Part shown: in pieces, positions 13,130 through 25,230 of the stretch
Layout of the letters: each line of letters begins with the position of its first letter
Numbering within the stretch: position 1 is the stretch's first letter
Assembly: GCF_004010195.1 (NCBI RefSeq)
Contig: NC_057749.1
Span: 17,843,597-17,888,587 of the forward strand
Length of the DNA stretch: 44,991 nucleotides
Direction of reading: 5' to 3'
DNA from: Chiloscyllium plagiosum
Lineage: Eukaryota
The notes under the pieces: model-generated
What the model saw: only the letters and a program-made list of their open reading frames with translations
Database searches by the model: none
What the model was told of the DNA's origin: nothing
Program-made: the position numbers and the translations under genes

Positions 13130-14084
13130 TCCTATAACATGTCAGTTAGACATCATCCTGATGTATTGTAACACACTTTGACCTCAGGACCCTCCTTCCC
13201 ATTTGGGGAATCTGATCTGGTAAGATCTGGTTCAGACTGACAGACACAACAAGCAACAACAACTGAATAACTGTAAAAAAGAGACAGATACTGAACTGAC
13301 ACATCTTCTAATGGGGCTCAATAAAAGCCATGATATCTAGGCTGACATTAATAAAACTGACAACTGATTGATGAACATAATTAAAGCCTGTTCTTTGAAG
13401 GAGAATGTCATGCATGTCTGACAGTGAATAATGATTCCCTTAGCTTTCAACTAACTCAATGGTTTCTGTACTAATAACCCTGGCATAGAGGACTCCATAT
13501 TGTGTTGAACCCAGTGTATTATATCCACAGTGGTTTTTCACAGACACTCACTGAGGTAATAGTCTTCATGTGGACTTTTGTCAGTCAGACAGTGAGGATG
13601 TTAGACTGGGATAGAGTTTTACAGACAGGACTGATGTTGCCCTCAGTCACACACTCACTCACTGGGTAATAACCAAGAATCTGCTGTTCCCCTCCAAAAA
13701 CAGAGGAACCTCAGTAAAACTCTGACACTTACAGTGCAGATACATAGCTGTTCCTAGTATCTCACTGTAGCTCGCCTTTCTCTCAGTGCTTACACCCCCA
13801 GTCCATCTCCTTGTCTAACTTTTGTTCTAACGCTCCTCTGTGCTTGCATCTTTCCCCAACTCCCCACTTGTTATTACATTCTCCTTTCTCAGTTTGGTGA
13901 TACACTGCCCTCCTTTCAATAAAACAACAGGCATTTCGCTCGATGCCCTTATGGCTTCAGAACGTGTCAAAACCACTGTGCAATCACTTTTCAGAGTGTT
14001 GCAATCTGGGAAGCAGAGCTACCAATTCCCCGCAGCACGCTCCTATATTCACTGATGTGATCAGGTGATCTGTTCTTATTTCAG

Positions 14085-15135
14085 AAACAGAAACAGAAGC
14101 TGCTGGAAAAGTTCAGCAGATCTAGCAGTATCTGTGAAGACGAATAAGAGTTAATGTTTCAGGTCTGCTGACCCGTCCACAGAACTGACGGTAGCTAGGA
14201 AAATGTTGGTTTATATGCAGAAGATAGGGTGGGAGGGGTGAGTCAGGAGTAAATGATAGGTGGGGGTAGAGCCCAAAGAGAGAGAAGAACAGTTGGACAG
14301 ACAAAGGAGGGATAACGATTTGTCCAGGAGGGTGAATAGCTGTTAATGGAGACTGTTAGTGGCTAATAATAGGTAGTGTGTATTATGGCATAACAAAGCC
14401 TTGTGTGTGGGCTGGGGAACTAGGATATGGAAGAGTTCAAGCCCTAAAATTATTGAACTCAATATTGAGTCAGGAGGGCTGCAGGGTCCCCAGGTGGAAG
14501 GTGAACTGTTGTTCTTCCAGCTTACACTGTGCTTCACTGGAACACTGCAGCAAGGCTGTGACGGAGATGTTGGGCTGTGAAAGTGGCAGGCAACTGGAAG
14601 CTCAGGGTCTTTTTTGCAGGCAGAACGTAGATATTCTGTGAAGCAGTCACCCAGTCTACTCTTTGTTTCCCTAATATAGAGGAGATCACATTGTGAGCAG
14701 TAAACTAGATTGTGAAAAGTGCAGGTAAAGTGCTGCTTCACCTGGAAGGTATGTTTAGTCCCTTGGATCCTGAGGAAGGAGGGGGGGGTGGGGGGGGTGT
14801 GGGCGGGGGGGTGGTGGACAGGGGAGAATGTGTCTGGTGGCATCTCGTTGGAAGTGGTAGAAATGGTGGCTGATGATCTGGGTGTGGATGCTGGTGGGAT
14901 AGTAGGTAAGGATAAGGGGAACCCTATTGCTGTGTGGGAGGGAAGAGATGGGGTGTGGTCAGAAATGTGGGAGATGGGTTGGACCCGACTGAGAGCCCCT
15001 GTTGACAACAGTGCTGGGGAATATGCAGCTGGGGAAGAAGGTTCTGAGGAAGGGTCATCGGACGCGAAACATTAACTCAGATTTTTTTTCTTCACAGACC
15101 TGCTGAGCTCTTCAAGTAACTCCTGTTTTTGTTTC
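14085..15135 (-). mobile_element. Second-family Penelope-like element with GIY-YIG remnant and inverted pseudo-LTR at its 5' side
   Basis: ORF 14343-15008 contains KHTFQVKQHFTCTFHNLVYCSQCDLLYIRETKSRLGDCFTEYL...PVACHF. 14085-14186 and 15041-15135 are inverted copies of one terminal repeat. Confidence 0.85.
15041..15077 (+). ncRNA. Minimal hammerhead ribozyme motif, second PLE family (partly decayed)
   Basis: GTT-CTGAGGA-A-GGGTC-ATCG-GACGC-GAAA-CATT-AAC. Core boxes are present and stem I is GTT/AAC; stem II has one mismatch, and stem III ACAT is probably CpG-decayed ACGT. Confidence 0.55.
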
Positions 15136-16274
15136 TAATTTACAACATTCTCAGTTTTTACCTCTTCTTACTTATTGATGCTGAGGCAGAGATGTTGGCC
15201 AGGACACTACAGGTATTGCCTTAGTGATACTTTCTAACAGTGATGGGGAGATGCTTTATGTCCATAGAGAAGGACAGGCAGGACCTCAGTATCACATCGC
15301 AGTGCACTGTTCCCCAGTGTTGCACTGGAAAATGTTCAGTTTCCAGTGTTCAGTTCAGTTTATGTCTCTGGCATGAGTGTGTTTTGGATCCATAACTTCC
15401 TGACTCTTTAGGACAGCCAGTTTCTGTTTCTCTCTCAGTGTTCTGGAAGCAGCAGCATAAGCCCCAGTAACGTGTCACTTGGAAGCAATGTTTGGTGAAG
15501 CCCACACAAGAGTACAGTCCGTAGAGGACCCTGGGCTAGTGCCTCCAGTGAAGACCCCAAACAAACAGACCTTCGTTTTAAAGATCAACATGAGCTGGGG
15601 TGGGGGGATGTGAAAGCAGTTCAGTGGGGTCAGTGGGGTGGGCCCAGGGGCAAAGGGATGGTGCCTGAAGTAGGCCAATGCCTACAATGGTGGGTCCAGC
15701 TCGGGCAGCAGTGAGGTGGTGGGGGCTAAGGACATGGACTGGCTCAGAAAGATATTCTGAACTTTTTAACTTCTTTATTTTTATTATATATTCCAATGAT
15801 CTGTAATGCTGGACTATTTATTTATTTTTCAATTTTTAAAATAATTCATTGTTAAGAATCTGTCCCTTTGTACCTCGTAAGCAGCGACTTGTTAACTTTC
15901 ACCGTACTGTGTAAGTATATTTGACAATAACGCCAATTCAATTCAATTTGATTCAATCTGAGAAACGTTTGTCCCATTGAATCTGAGGCTGTGGTAACTG
16001 ATAGCACTGACCTAACAGCCTGAGCTTCAGGTTCCAAGTCCACTTCTGGTTTCTCTTTCAAATTATACTCTGGGCGATTCTTGACACCCTCCCAACTTCG
16101 ACTACCATCAGTTTAGCCGAGATCCAACCACATACTCAAGGACTCACTCATTGAATAGTTCTGAGGGCAGAAGGGTTTAAAGAGTATGGGGCAAAGGCAG
16201 AAACTGGGGTTTGATTTGGATGATTAAATTTAATTTCCGCCATACGCCATGGTGGGATTTAAACTCCAGTCCAC

Positions 16275-16470
16275 CTGAGGACCAGTTTTATCCTTATCCA
16301 TAACTATCTTAAAACTTACAGAATTATGATCGCTGTTCCCAAAGTGCTCCCTCAGTGAAACTTTGATCACCTGGCCAGGCTCACTTACCACTACAAGGTC
16401 TAGTTTGGCCCCTTCCCTCGTTGGACTGTCTATATTTTGTTTCAAGAAACCCTCCTGGATGCATCGAACA
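16275..16470 (-). mobile_element. CR1 LINE fragment (endonuclease C-terminal region)
   Basis: Minus ORF EFVRCIQEGFLKQNIDSPTREGAKLDLV...EHFGNSDHNSVSFKI contains the APE SDH motif. Confidence 0.85.
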
Positions 16471-17061
16471 AATTCTACCCCATCAAAGCAGACGCAGACA
16501 CAATAGCAACATTTCAGAGGCACCTGGACAGCTCCATGAACAGACAGGGAATAGAGAGACTATGGACTGTGTACATAGTTTTCATACTCTTTTCAAAAGG
16601 CATCATGCACCTGCACAGTCATGGTGGCTGAAGGGCTGTTCCTGTGCTATGTTCTTTGTAAGCCCCTGGCACTAAGGGAGTCCCAGTGAATATTGTGGAT
16701 TGTGCAACAGCCCTGCTGTTTTCACACCTTTCCATGGTCTACCTACATATCTGTTCCTCTATATCCTGCTGGCTATTGAGAGGCTGAGAGTATAACGCCA
16801 TCACAGAGATTGCATCTTATTCCTGAGTTCTACCCGGAGCGCCTCAACGGATGAGCCCTCCATGATGTCCTCTCTTAGTGCAGCTGTGAGATTCTCCTTA
16901 TTCTCCCCCAGCCCTCTTACATCGCTCTCTGTCACGCCTGAAACATCTGAGTTCCCATCCACCTGCCATAGAGCCGTAGGTCAGCATGTCGTGTGACTGA
17001 GGGGAAGGAAGAGATTAAATCAAGGAAATCTAATAGGAATAACAGGCAGGGAAAGGGCAAA

Positions 17062-18487
17062 GGCTGGAGATTGGCTAACGTGGTGCCACTGTTTAAGAAG
17101 GGTGGTAAGGACAAGCCAGGGAACTATAGACCGGTGAGCCTGACGTTGGTGGTGGGCAAGTTGTTGGAGGGAATCATGAGGGACAGGATGTCCATGTATT
17201 TCAAAAGGCAAGGACTGATTCGGGATAGTCAACATGGCTTTGTGCGTGGGAAATCATGTCTCACAAACTTGATTGAGTTTTTTGGAGAAGTAATGAAGAA
17301 GATTGATGAGGGCAGCAGTAAATGTGATTTACATGGTTTTCAGTAAGGTGTTCGACAAGGTTCCCCATGGGAGACTGGTTAGCAAGGTTAGATCTCATGG
17401 AATACAGGGAGAAGTAGCCATTTGGATACACCACTGGTGATGGTGGCGGGTTGGTTTTCAGACTGGAGGCCTGTGACCAGTGGAGTGCCACAAGGATCGG
17501 TGCTGGGCCATTTCGTCATTTATCTAAATGATTTGGATGTGAACATAAGAGGTACAGTTAGTAAGTGTGCAGATGACACCAAAATTGGAGGTATAGTGGA
17601 CAGCGAAGAGGGTTACCTCAGATTACAACAGGATCTTGATCAGATGGGCCAATGGGCTGAGGAGTGACAGATGGAGTTTAATTCGGATAAATGCGAGGTG
17701 CTGCATTTTGGGAAAGCAAATCTTAGCAGGACTTATACACTTAATAGTAAGGTCCTGGGGAGTGTTGCTGAACAAAGAGACCTTGGAGTGCAGGTTCATA
17801 GCTCCTTGAAAGTGGAGTCGCAGGTGGATAGGATAGTGAAGGCAGCGTTTGGTATGCTTTCCTTTATTGGTCAGAGTATTGAGTACAGGAGTTGGGAGGT
17901 CATGTTGCGGCTGTACAGGACATTGGTTAGGCCACTTTTGGAATATTGCGTGCAATTCTGGTCTCCTTCCTATCTGAAAGATGTTGTGAAACTTGAAAGG
18001 GTTCAGAAAAGATTTACAAGGATGTTGCCAGGGTTGGAGGATCTGAGCTATAGGGAGAGGCTGAACAGGCTGGGGCTGTTTTCTCTGGAGCGTCGGAGGC
18101 TGAGGGGTGACCTTATAGAGGTTTACAAAATCACGAGGGCATGGTAGGGTAAGTAGACAAAGTCTTTTTCCTGGGAGGGTGGGGAGGAGTTCTGAACTAG
18201 AGGGCATAGGTTTAGGGTGAGAGGGGAAAGATATAAAAGAGACCTGAGGGGCAACTTTTTCACACAGAGGGTGTTGCGTGTATGGCATGAGCTGCCAGAG
18301 GAAGTGGTGGAGGCTGGTACAATTTAAAAGACATCCGGATAGGTATATGAATAGGATGCGTTTAGAGGAATGTGAGACAAGTGCTGACAAATGGGACTAG
18401 ATTGGGTTGGGATATCTGGTTGGCATGGATGAGTTGAATTGAAGGGTCTGTTTCTATGCTGTACATCTCTATGACTCTATGACTCTA
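17062..18487 (+). mobile_element. CR1 LINE, 5'-truncated, RT with stops and frameshifts
   Basis: WRLANVVPLFKKGGKDKPGNYRPVSLT, QHGFVRGKSCLTNLIEFF, SGVPQGSVLG, ADDTKIGG, YRTLVRPLLEYCVQFWSP; (CTCTATGA)n tail at 18467-18487. Confidence 0.95.
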
Positions 18488-18890
18488 ATAAACATGGTGG
18501 ATCTGGTGGTCTGAAGTGTGGGTTTAAACTAAGTTGTATTGGGGTGTGGGTAAGAGGACATGTGAGAGAAAATGTGATAATTTAAAGAGATACGAGGTAA
18601 TGGAGGAAGGTAATGGCTTAGCTAATAGAGTGTGATAGCATATTCAGAGTACAAACTCAGAGTGCAGAGATAGAGCTAGTAAAAGATAGAGTTAAAGGCC
18701 ATGTAGCTGAATATACACAGCATCTACAACAAAACTTATGCATAATTAGGCCAGATGTTAATAATGAGCATTTAAGATGTGATTGATAGGAGAGGGACAT
18801 GGCTGTAGGCTGACCAAGACTCACACTGACATTTCAAAACTTCAGCAGCAAATCCAAGCTGGTTCACACCTGTGTCACTTCCGAATGGGA

Positions 18891-18944
18891 GTTGTACACT
18901 ATTGTACACTATTGTACACTATTGTACACTACTGTACGCTATTG
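18891..18944. repeat. 10-bp tandem repeat (ATTGTACACT)
   Basis: About five copies, read directly. Confidence 0.9.
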
Positions 18945-19024
18945 AGAGGTAACGAGAGCCCAGACACCAAGGTGTGCAAGCACTCAAATTACAGTAAAAT
19001 ATCGTGTCCTCTGGAACTCAGACA

Positions 19025-19165
19025 TAAAAACCAAAATAGCTGGAGAAACTCAGCAGGTCTGGCAGCATCTGTGCAGAAAGAAACACATTTACCTTTCTGA
19101 GTCCAGTTTGACACTTCTTCAAAACTGAAAGGAGTTGGGAAATGGGGTGGTGGGTTTATACTGTA
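19025..19165 (-). mobile_element. Decayed PLE pseudo-LTR-like fragment
   Basis: gctggagaaactcagcaggtctggcagcatctgtg...agaaa matches 41870-41915 and resembles 14098-14140. Confidence 0.55.
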
Positions 19166-19340
19166 AACAAGGAGGTTCACCTGACAGTGAGGTACTCTGG
19201 AGGAGGTACTCTGGCTGATAATCAAGGTTTGAGCTACGATAATGGGGCATGGATGTCAAAGATACAATCAGTAAAGACACAATCATTATAACTCTGATAG
19301 TTGGGAGGCAAGAACCAAAGGTAAGCGGGAATCTCAGAGT

Positions 19341-19487
19341 TACAGAGATCGGAAAGGGTAATGAGGACGGGGGAGGTTACTGACAGATTATACCAGAGAT
19401 AGGAAAGGGTAATGGGGGTAGGGGGTGGTCACTGACAGATTATAACAGAGATCGGAAAGGGTAATGGGGGGGGGAGGTCACTGACAC
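19341..19487. repeat. ~52-bp minisatellite, about 3 copies
   Basis: Recurring cagagatcggaaagggtaatg...ggtcactgacagattata. Confidence 0.8.
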
Positions 19488-19654
19488 AGGGGTGAGAATG
19501 CAAAAAGCGAGCTGTTATCAGACAAGGAGGATGTTTGTAGGAGACTAGCCAGCTGTGAGTTTCACGCCTTACTTGCAATGAATAAGCTGCTAGGAATGGT
19601 CCTGGAGAGGTGATGTATGTCTTTTAATGATGGTCAACAGATTCAAGGTAAGAG

Positions 19655-19880
19655 TGTCATGATTGGAACAAGATGAGCCAAGTGGACCTCAGAATGGGAG
19701 TTCCCTGATTTGGGCTGTTAGTCTGGTCTGATTGAGGAGTCCTGGCTGACAGATATAAACAGGCATATTGGGGGCTCTGTTCACTCTGAGACCTAGCTCT
19801 GAGGGGGCAGGATCAATGTCAAGGACTCTCCCCGTGTGAATAAAGGGGGACTTGGCGATGGGACACTGGGGAGTTTTTCA
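19655..19880 (+). mobile_element. Solo-LTR-like element (~230 bp)
   Basis: TG...CA termini, internal TATAAA and AATAAA, near-TSD AAGAG/CAGAG. A second diverged copy lies at 42670-42907. Confidence 0.65.
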
Positions 19881-20739
19881 CAGAGGGACGGGAAAAGGCA
19901 CATGGGTTTTTATCATCCCAAAGTGAAGGAAGAGACTTCCTTGCAATGAGGCCTGGCATTTAGCTTTGAGTGAGTGAATCCTGTTTACTTTACCCCCTCA
20001 GACCTGTTGGCTAAATCCTGAAGGGATTTACCGTCTTTATTCAGGAAGCATATTTCTGAAACTTCGGATGAAACTCGATCATTTATCAGAATTAGCTCTG
20101 GGAAAGCAAAACAATCAGCAGGGGAATAAAAAAGAACCCATTAATTCACCACTTTACAAATGAGGATTGTGTTATAGAACCCAGCAGGAAGGAAAGGGAA
20201 GGGGATCTGAATGTGTAAAGTAAGTAAGCCTTACCAGAGAGCTCCTTATTAATGCTAATGCCTGCTTAGTAATGGACTCCCCATTGACAGGGAAAACAGC
20301 CAAACCATCAGTCGCCTCCAAACCAGGCGGGTGGTCAGTCAGGCAAAAAACTACATTTGGATCAATTAGCACAACCAGCTTGAAGAGATTTATCTGTATT
20401 ATTCCTATTTCCTTACTTATCTGTCCTGATCGAAGCTCTGACTCAGAAGGAAGGGCAGACAGATTCAGGTCTCTGACACCTCTTGTACAGGAGGTGATGA
20501 GGCTCCTGCAGAACATCACAACCATCTCACTATTTTATGGAACTAGACCCTCACGTTTCAGTGTCTCTGTCCACCTTCTAGTGAACTCTGGATGTTGCCA
20601 GAGCTCCAATTCAGTCTAACTCAGGGTCACTCCTTCAGAAAAAAAATCAGAAAACACCATCCCCACAGAAAATGAGGCAGTTGCAACATTTAAATGTTAT
20701 GTTCAAGTCCCCTCACAACAAACCATAACACCTGAACAG

Positions 20740-21215
20740 CCTTCCTGGTTACTTGCTGTACCTGCACACTGACTTTCTGCGATTCATGTACAAGAACAGA
20801 TCCCTCTGCCTTTCAAAGGTCAATAATCTCTCACCATTGAGACAATTTTATATTCTCTCTGCCAAAATGGATATTTTCACACTTTCCCACATTGCACTCC
20901 ATTGTAGATCTTTGTCTACTCACATAACCTATCCTTATCCCTTTGCAGCCTCCTGACATCTTCCTCACATGGACTCTCCGAGCGACCTTTGTGTCAATAG
21001 TAGGTTTGGCAATCATACCTTCTGTTTCTTCATCCAAGTCATTACAGAAACTGTAAACAGTGGAAGCACCAATTCCATTGGCACATCACTTTTGCCAACC
21101 TGCTAAATACCCATTAATGGCACCTCTCTGTTTTCTGCCAATCTTCTATCAATGCCAATATGTTACTCACTACACCATGAGTTTCTCTTTGCCACAAAAC
21201 CTTCAATGCAGCACG
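20740..21215 (-). mobile_element. CR1 LINE RT fragment, decayed
   Basis: Minus ORF MDEETEGMIAKPTIDTKV...MECNVGKCENIHFGREN parallels the CR1 KFADDTK / MEFN..KCEV.HFG motifs. Confidence 0.75.
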
Positions 21216-21299
21216 CTCTCAAATTTGGGAAACCTCTTCCTCAAAAGGCAGTGGAAGCAGAGTCTGCAGATACTTTCAAGCTAGAAATGGATAAGCTGC

Positions 21300-21395
21300 T
21301 TAATAAGGAAGGGGCTGTGTGGTTAATAAGGAGGGGGCTGTGTGGTTAACGAGGAGGGGGCTGTGTGGTTAATAACAAGGGGGCTATGTGGTTAA
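21300..21395. repeat. ~23-bp minisatellite running into an assembly gap
   Basis: TAATAAGGAGGGGGCTGTGTGGT, about four copies. Confidence 0.85.
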
Positions 21396-21713
21396 NNNNN
21401 NNNNNNNNNNNNNNNNNNNNNNNNNNNNNNNNNNNNNNNNNNNNNNNNNNNNNNNNNNNNNNNNNNNNNNNNNNNNNNNNNNNNNNNNNNNNNNNNNNNN
21501 NNNNNNNNNNNNNNNNNNNNNNNNNNNNNNNNNNNNNNNNNNNNNNNNNNNNNNNNNNNNNNNNNNNNNNNNNNNNNNNNNNNNNNNNNNNNNNNNNNNN
21601 NNNNNNNNNNNNNNNNNNNNNNNNNNNNNNNNNNNNNNNNNNNNNNNNNNNNNNNNNNNNNNNNNNNNNNNNNNNNNNNNNNNNNNNNNNNNNNNNNNNN
21701 NNNNNNNNNNNNN
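21396..21713. other. Assembly gap
   Basis: Run of N. Confidence 1.
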
Positions 21714-21898
21714 TTTCGCAAGTTAGATAGGTGAGGGGAGGTGAGGTGAGGGGAGGGGAGGGGTGGGGAGGGGAGGGGTGGGGAGGGGAGGGGAGATGGA
21801 GCCTGTTCCTATTCCTTATTCATATGTTCATTCGTATGTTTGTGCGTTAATGTGTTTGTGTGTTGCCATGCCCTAATGTTTATATGTTCATATGTTGG

Positions 21899-22014
21899 AG
21901 AACTGCAGATGCTGGAGATCAGAGTTGAGAGCATGGTGCTAGAAAAGCACAGCAGGTCAGGCAGCATCCGAGCAGCAGGAAAATTGATGTTTCGGGCATA
22001 AGCCCTTCATCAGG
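21899..22014 (-). mobile_element. Solo PLE pseudo-LTR with hammerhead core
   Basis: Minus strand reads TC-CTGATGA-A-GGGC-TTAT-GCCC-GAAA-CATC. 15-bp TSD ATGTTCA(T/G)ATGTTGG (21884-21898, 22015-22029). Confidence 0.85.
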
Positions 22015-23964
22015 ATGTTCAGATGTTGGTATGTTTCAATATGTGGATGTACAATCATTTTAACAAAAGGCTCAAAATTAATTGAAGTGGTGAACTTTGA
22101 CTGGAACCATATCGATCTTGTCTATAAAGTTCTGCCTGGAGAGGCTTGGGACCCACAATCCCCCAACTCTGCCCCATCACTAATACCAAGCTGATGGTCA
22201 AGTGGAGAACTCTGGTCCTTGATGGAGATTAGACTGTCAGAAGATGCTGTTCCACCCTTTAGCTGTTGTGGGCCTGGAGAATTGGAAATGACAGGATTGT
22301 GACTCACATTGTGACCTGCCAGGGATGTCAGCCTGAGAACTTCATTCCCCACCCACAGGGACCCTTCAATGACAACATACATTGGTCTTGTTTCTGTATT
22401 AACTCAGCAAGCAAAGCAGGCTCATTCCAGCCTACACCACCCTGCCATACACTTACCCACCGTCCCAATTCACTGTGCCAACAGGAAGCCAGGCAAAGCT
22501 CTGTTCTAATACCCATCCAGTGACAGGATAGCTCATTGTACACAAAGGCAGGAATGTCCCATCCCAATCCCCAACCCAGCATACATTTCACCAGGGAGTA
22601 GGTCACCTATCAATGGAACAGCATCTCATGGAGTGTGTGAAAGTTGGAGGAGGTGGAGTGTGGGATGGGAGTGGGGAGTTGGGAGTGTGTGGGAGTGGGG
22701 GAGAGGGAGTGGATGGAGCAGGATGGGCTGGGGATGGTGGGGGGGGGGGCAAGTGGTATTGGGGAAGGATGTCAGTAAAATCACTATTGGTGAATGTTTG
22801 GTCATTCCTGTGAAGGATGTCATTATGCTGAGTTAGTTCCTGACTTTAAAACAGGAATTCTTGTTTCCTCTACTCCTACTGGCACTGACGCGTGGGCTTT
22901 AATAATTAACCCATTCATTTTCAACCGCAGTTTTATCCCTCTCCCCACCGGGGTAACACCAGTCTCAAATCAACATCCTCATAAGGAACATACTCATCCC
23001 AGGAACGCGTGCCTCAGGGAGTGGATGGGACACTCACTGGGCACATGCCAACACAGTTCAGAGACAAATCCTCATTGAGCTCCATCCACAAGGTCAGATA
23101 CTGCCCCCCATTTCACCAGCTCAGCCTCCTGCTTTCACCCTTCCATTAGTCTTCATCACCAGGAACACCTTCTCAAGAGCTCACTTCTCCTGACATCATC
23201 AACCCACTGTGGAGCTGGGGGGGTGTTGAACCCAGGCCTCTGGCTCAGAGGCAGGGACACTACCACTACAAGAGCTTCATTTCTTTTTCTTCTAGCAGAG
23301 CTCGTACACACAACTGAACGCTTTTGTTCTTCTTCACCAAACCCTCCCACGGTAATTTCCAGCCGTTAACCACCACCATTAAATCACCTGTGTTTTCCAA
23401 TGGATTCATCGAAGACAATGGAGACCATTGAAGGGGAGGGAGAGAGGGGAGGGGGCTAAATGAAATGGAGTTGGAAAGAGTTCACTTCTATTCTGTTCGC
23501 CTGAACAAAGGGACTTGGCTCCATTCACTGACTGTTGCTCCAATACAAAGAGGATGAAATCCCAGAACAATTAGTCACATTAACTCTAATTGCTGCATTA
23601 AAGTGACTCCAGGGTCATCTCTTTGTGTAGGCTAATGAGGACTTTATTCCACTCAGCTCTCCCCTGGGGGCCGAGCTGATTACCTGGATCCCTGTGAGCT
23701 GGATCTCCACTCTGTACACGATCAGCCACAATCCCTGAGTCAAGATCTGACCAGCACCGTGTCATTCCTCACCCATCTGTAACAAACAGTGAGCTCAGCC
23801 AGTGGCTTTCCACACTCAGAATTCACCGCAGCAGGCTGGGTTGGTTTTAATCATCCATCCCTCAATCCCCAGACTGAAAGGACCACTTCAGAGGACTATT
23901 AATGAGTCTGACTGGAGTCACATACTGGCCCAGACTGGGTAAAGGTGAAAGGACAGGCTCCTAC

Positions 23965-25230
23965 TATTGACTACAGTTGAACACTATAATTCCAAACAAA
24001 TGCACCTGTAAATTCTGGGACCTGGGACTCTGTTCCCAACTCTGTGACTGGATTCTCAACGTCCTGACCAACAGACTGTAGACAGTGAGGAGAGGAGACC
24101 ACACCTCCTTTACTATAATCCTCAACACAGGAGCCCTGTAAGGTTGTGTACTCAGGCCCCTGCTATATTCCTTGTACAGTGTGGCCAAATTCCATCCCAA
24201 CTCCATTTACAGGCTCGCTGATGGAACCACCATTGTAGGTTGTACCTCAGACAACAATGAGATGGAAAACAGGAAAGGGATTGAATGTTTAATGCCACGG
24301 CATAAAGACAACAATCCCTCAGGAAAATGAAAGAGCTGGTCATTGCGTTCAGGAAGTGGAGTGCAGGGTTTGCCAGTGCCTCTATCAGTGCCATTGAGAT
24401 GGTCAAGAGCATCACGTTCCTCGGAGGGACAGTCACCGACAGACTGTCCTGGTCCACCTAAGTTGGCACTCTGGTCAAGAAAGCACAACAACATCTCTAC
24501 CTCCTCAGGAGGCTAGGGAAATTCAGCATATCCACAAGGACTCTTACCAATTTTTGTAGATGCACCATAGACAGCTTCCGATCTGGGTGCACCATGGCTC
24601 AGTATGGCAACTGCTCTGCCCAGGACCACAAGAAACTGCAGAGAGTTGCGAACACAGCCCAGTCCCTCACACAAACCAACCTTCCATTCATTGGATCCGT
24701 CTACCCTTCCTACTGCCTCAGGGAAGCAACCAACATCATCACAGAGCCCTCCCACCCTGGTATACTCTCTTCCAATCCCTCTTCCATCATGCAGTAAACA
24801 CAAAAGTCTGAATACACATATGGTTAGATTCTTCCTCGCTGTTGTCAGACTTTTGAATGGACTTGAAAATGTGTTGCTGAAAAAGTGCAGCAGGTCAGGC
24901 AGCACCCAGGGAACAGGAGAATCGACGTTTCGGGCATAAGCCCTTCTTCTTATGCCCGAAAAGTCGATTCTCCTGTTCCCTGGATGCTGCCTGACCTGCT
25001 GCGCTTTTCCAGCAACACATTTGCAGCTCTGATCTCCAGCATCTGCAGTCCTCACTTTCTCCTTTTGAATGGACTTCTCAAATGTTAATGTTGATCTCTC
25101 CCTCTCTCACTCTGCACCTTTCCCATTGCTGTAACACTGTATTCTGCACTCCGTTCTGTTACCCCGCTGCACTTTGTATGGTACAACCTGCCTGGACAGC
25201 ACACAAAGCTGAACTACTCACAGTGCCTCG
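23965..25230 (+). mobile_element. Rex1/Babar-type LINE, decayed RT and 3' end
   Basis: Frameshifted remnants read IDYS..NTIIP, DLGLCSQLCDWILNVLTNR, IILNTGA..GCVL, VKKAQQHLYLLRRLGKF, TLTNFCRCTIDS and YGNCSAQDHKKLQRVANTAQ. Confidence 0.8.
24865..25061. mobile_element. Inverted (hairpin) double PLE pseudo-LTR insertion
   Basis: 24864-24940 is the reverse complement of 24949-25025 (about 77 bp, 5 mismatches, 8-nt loop). Perfect 15-bp TSD CTTTTGAATGGACTT (24850-24864, 25062-25076). Confidence 0.92.

Noticed and set aside
16993..18147. Intact reverse transcriptase gene
   Set aside because: Split by frameshifts, deletions and stops; a dead 5'-truncated CR1 copy.
21730..21800. G-quadruplex-forming tract (also 22650-22760, 40860-41020)
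   Set aside because: Ordinary low-complexity G-rich sequence with no functional context; the first tract abuts a gap.
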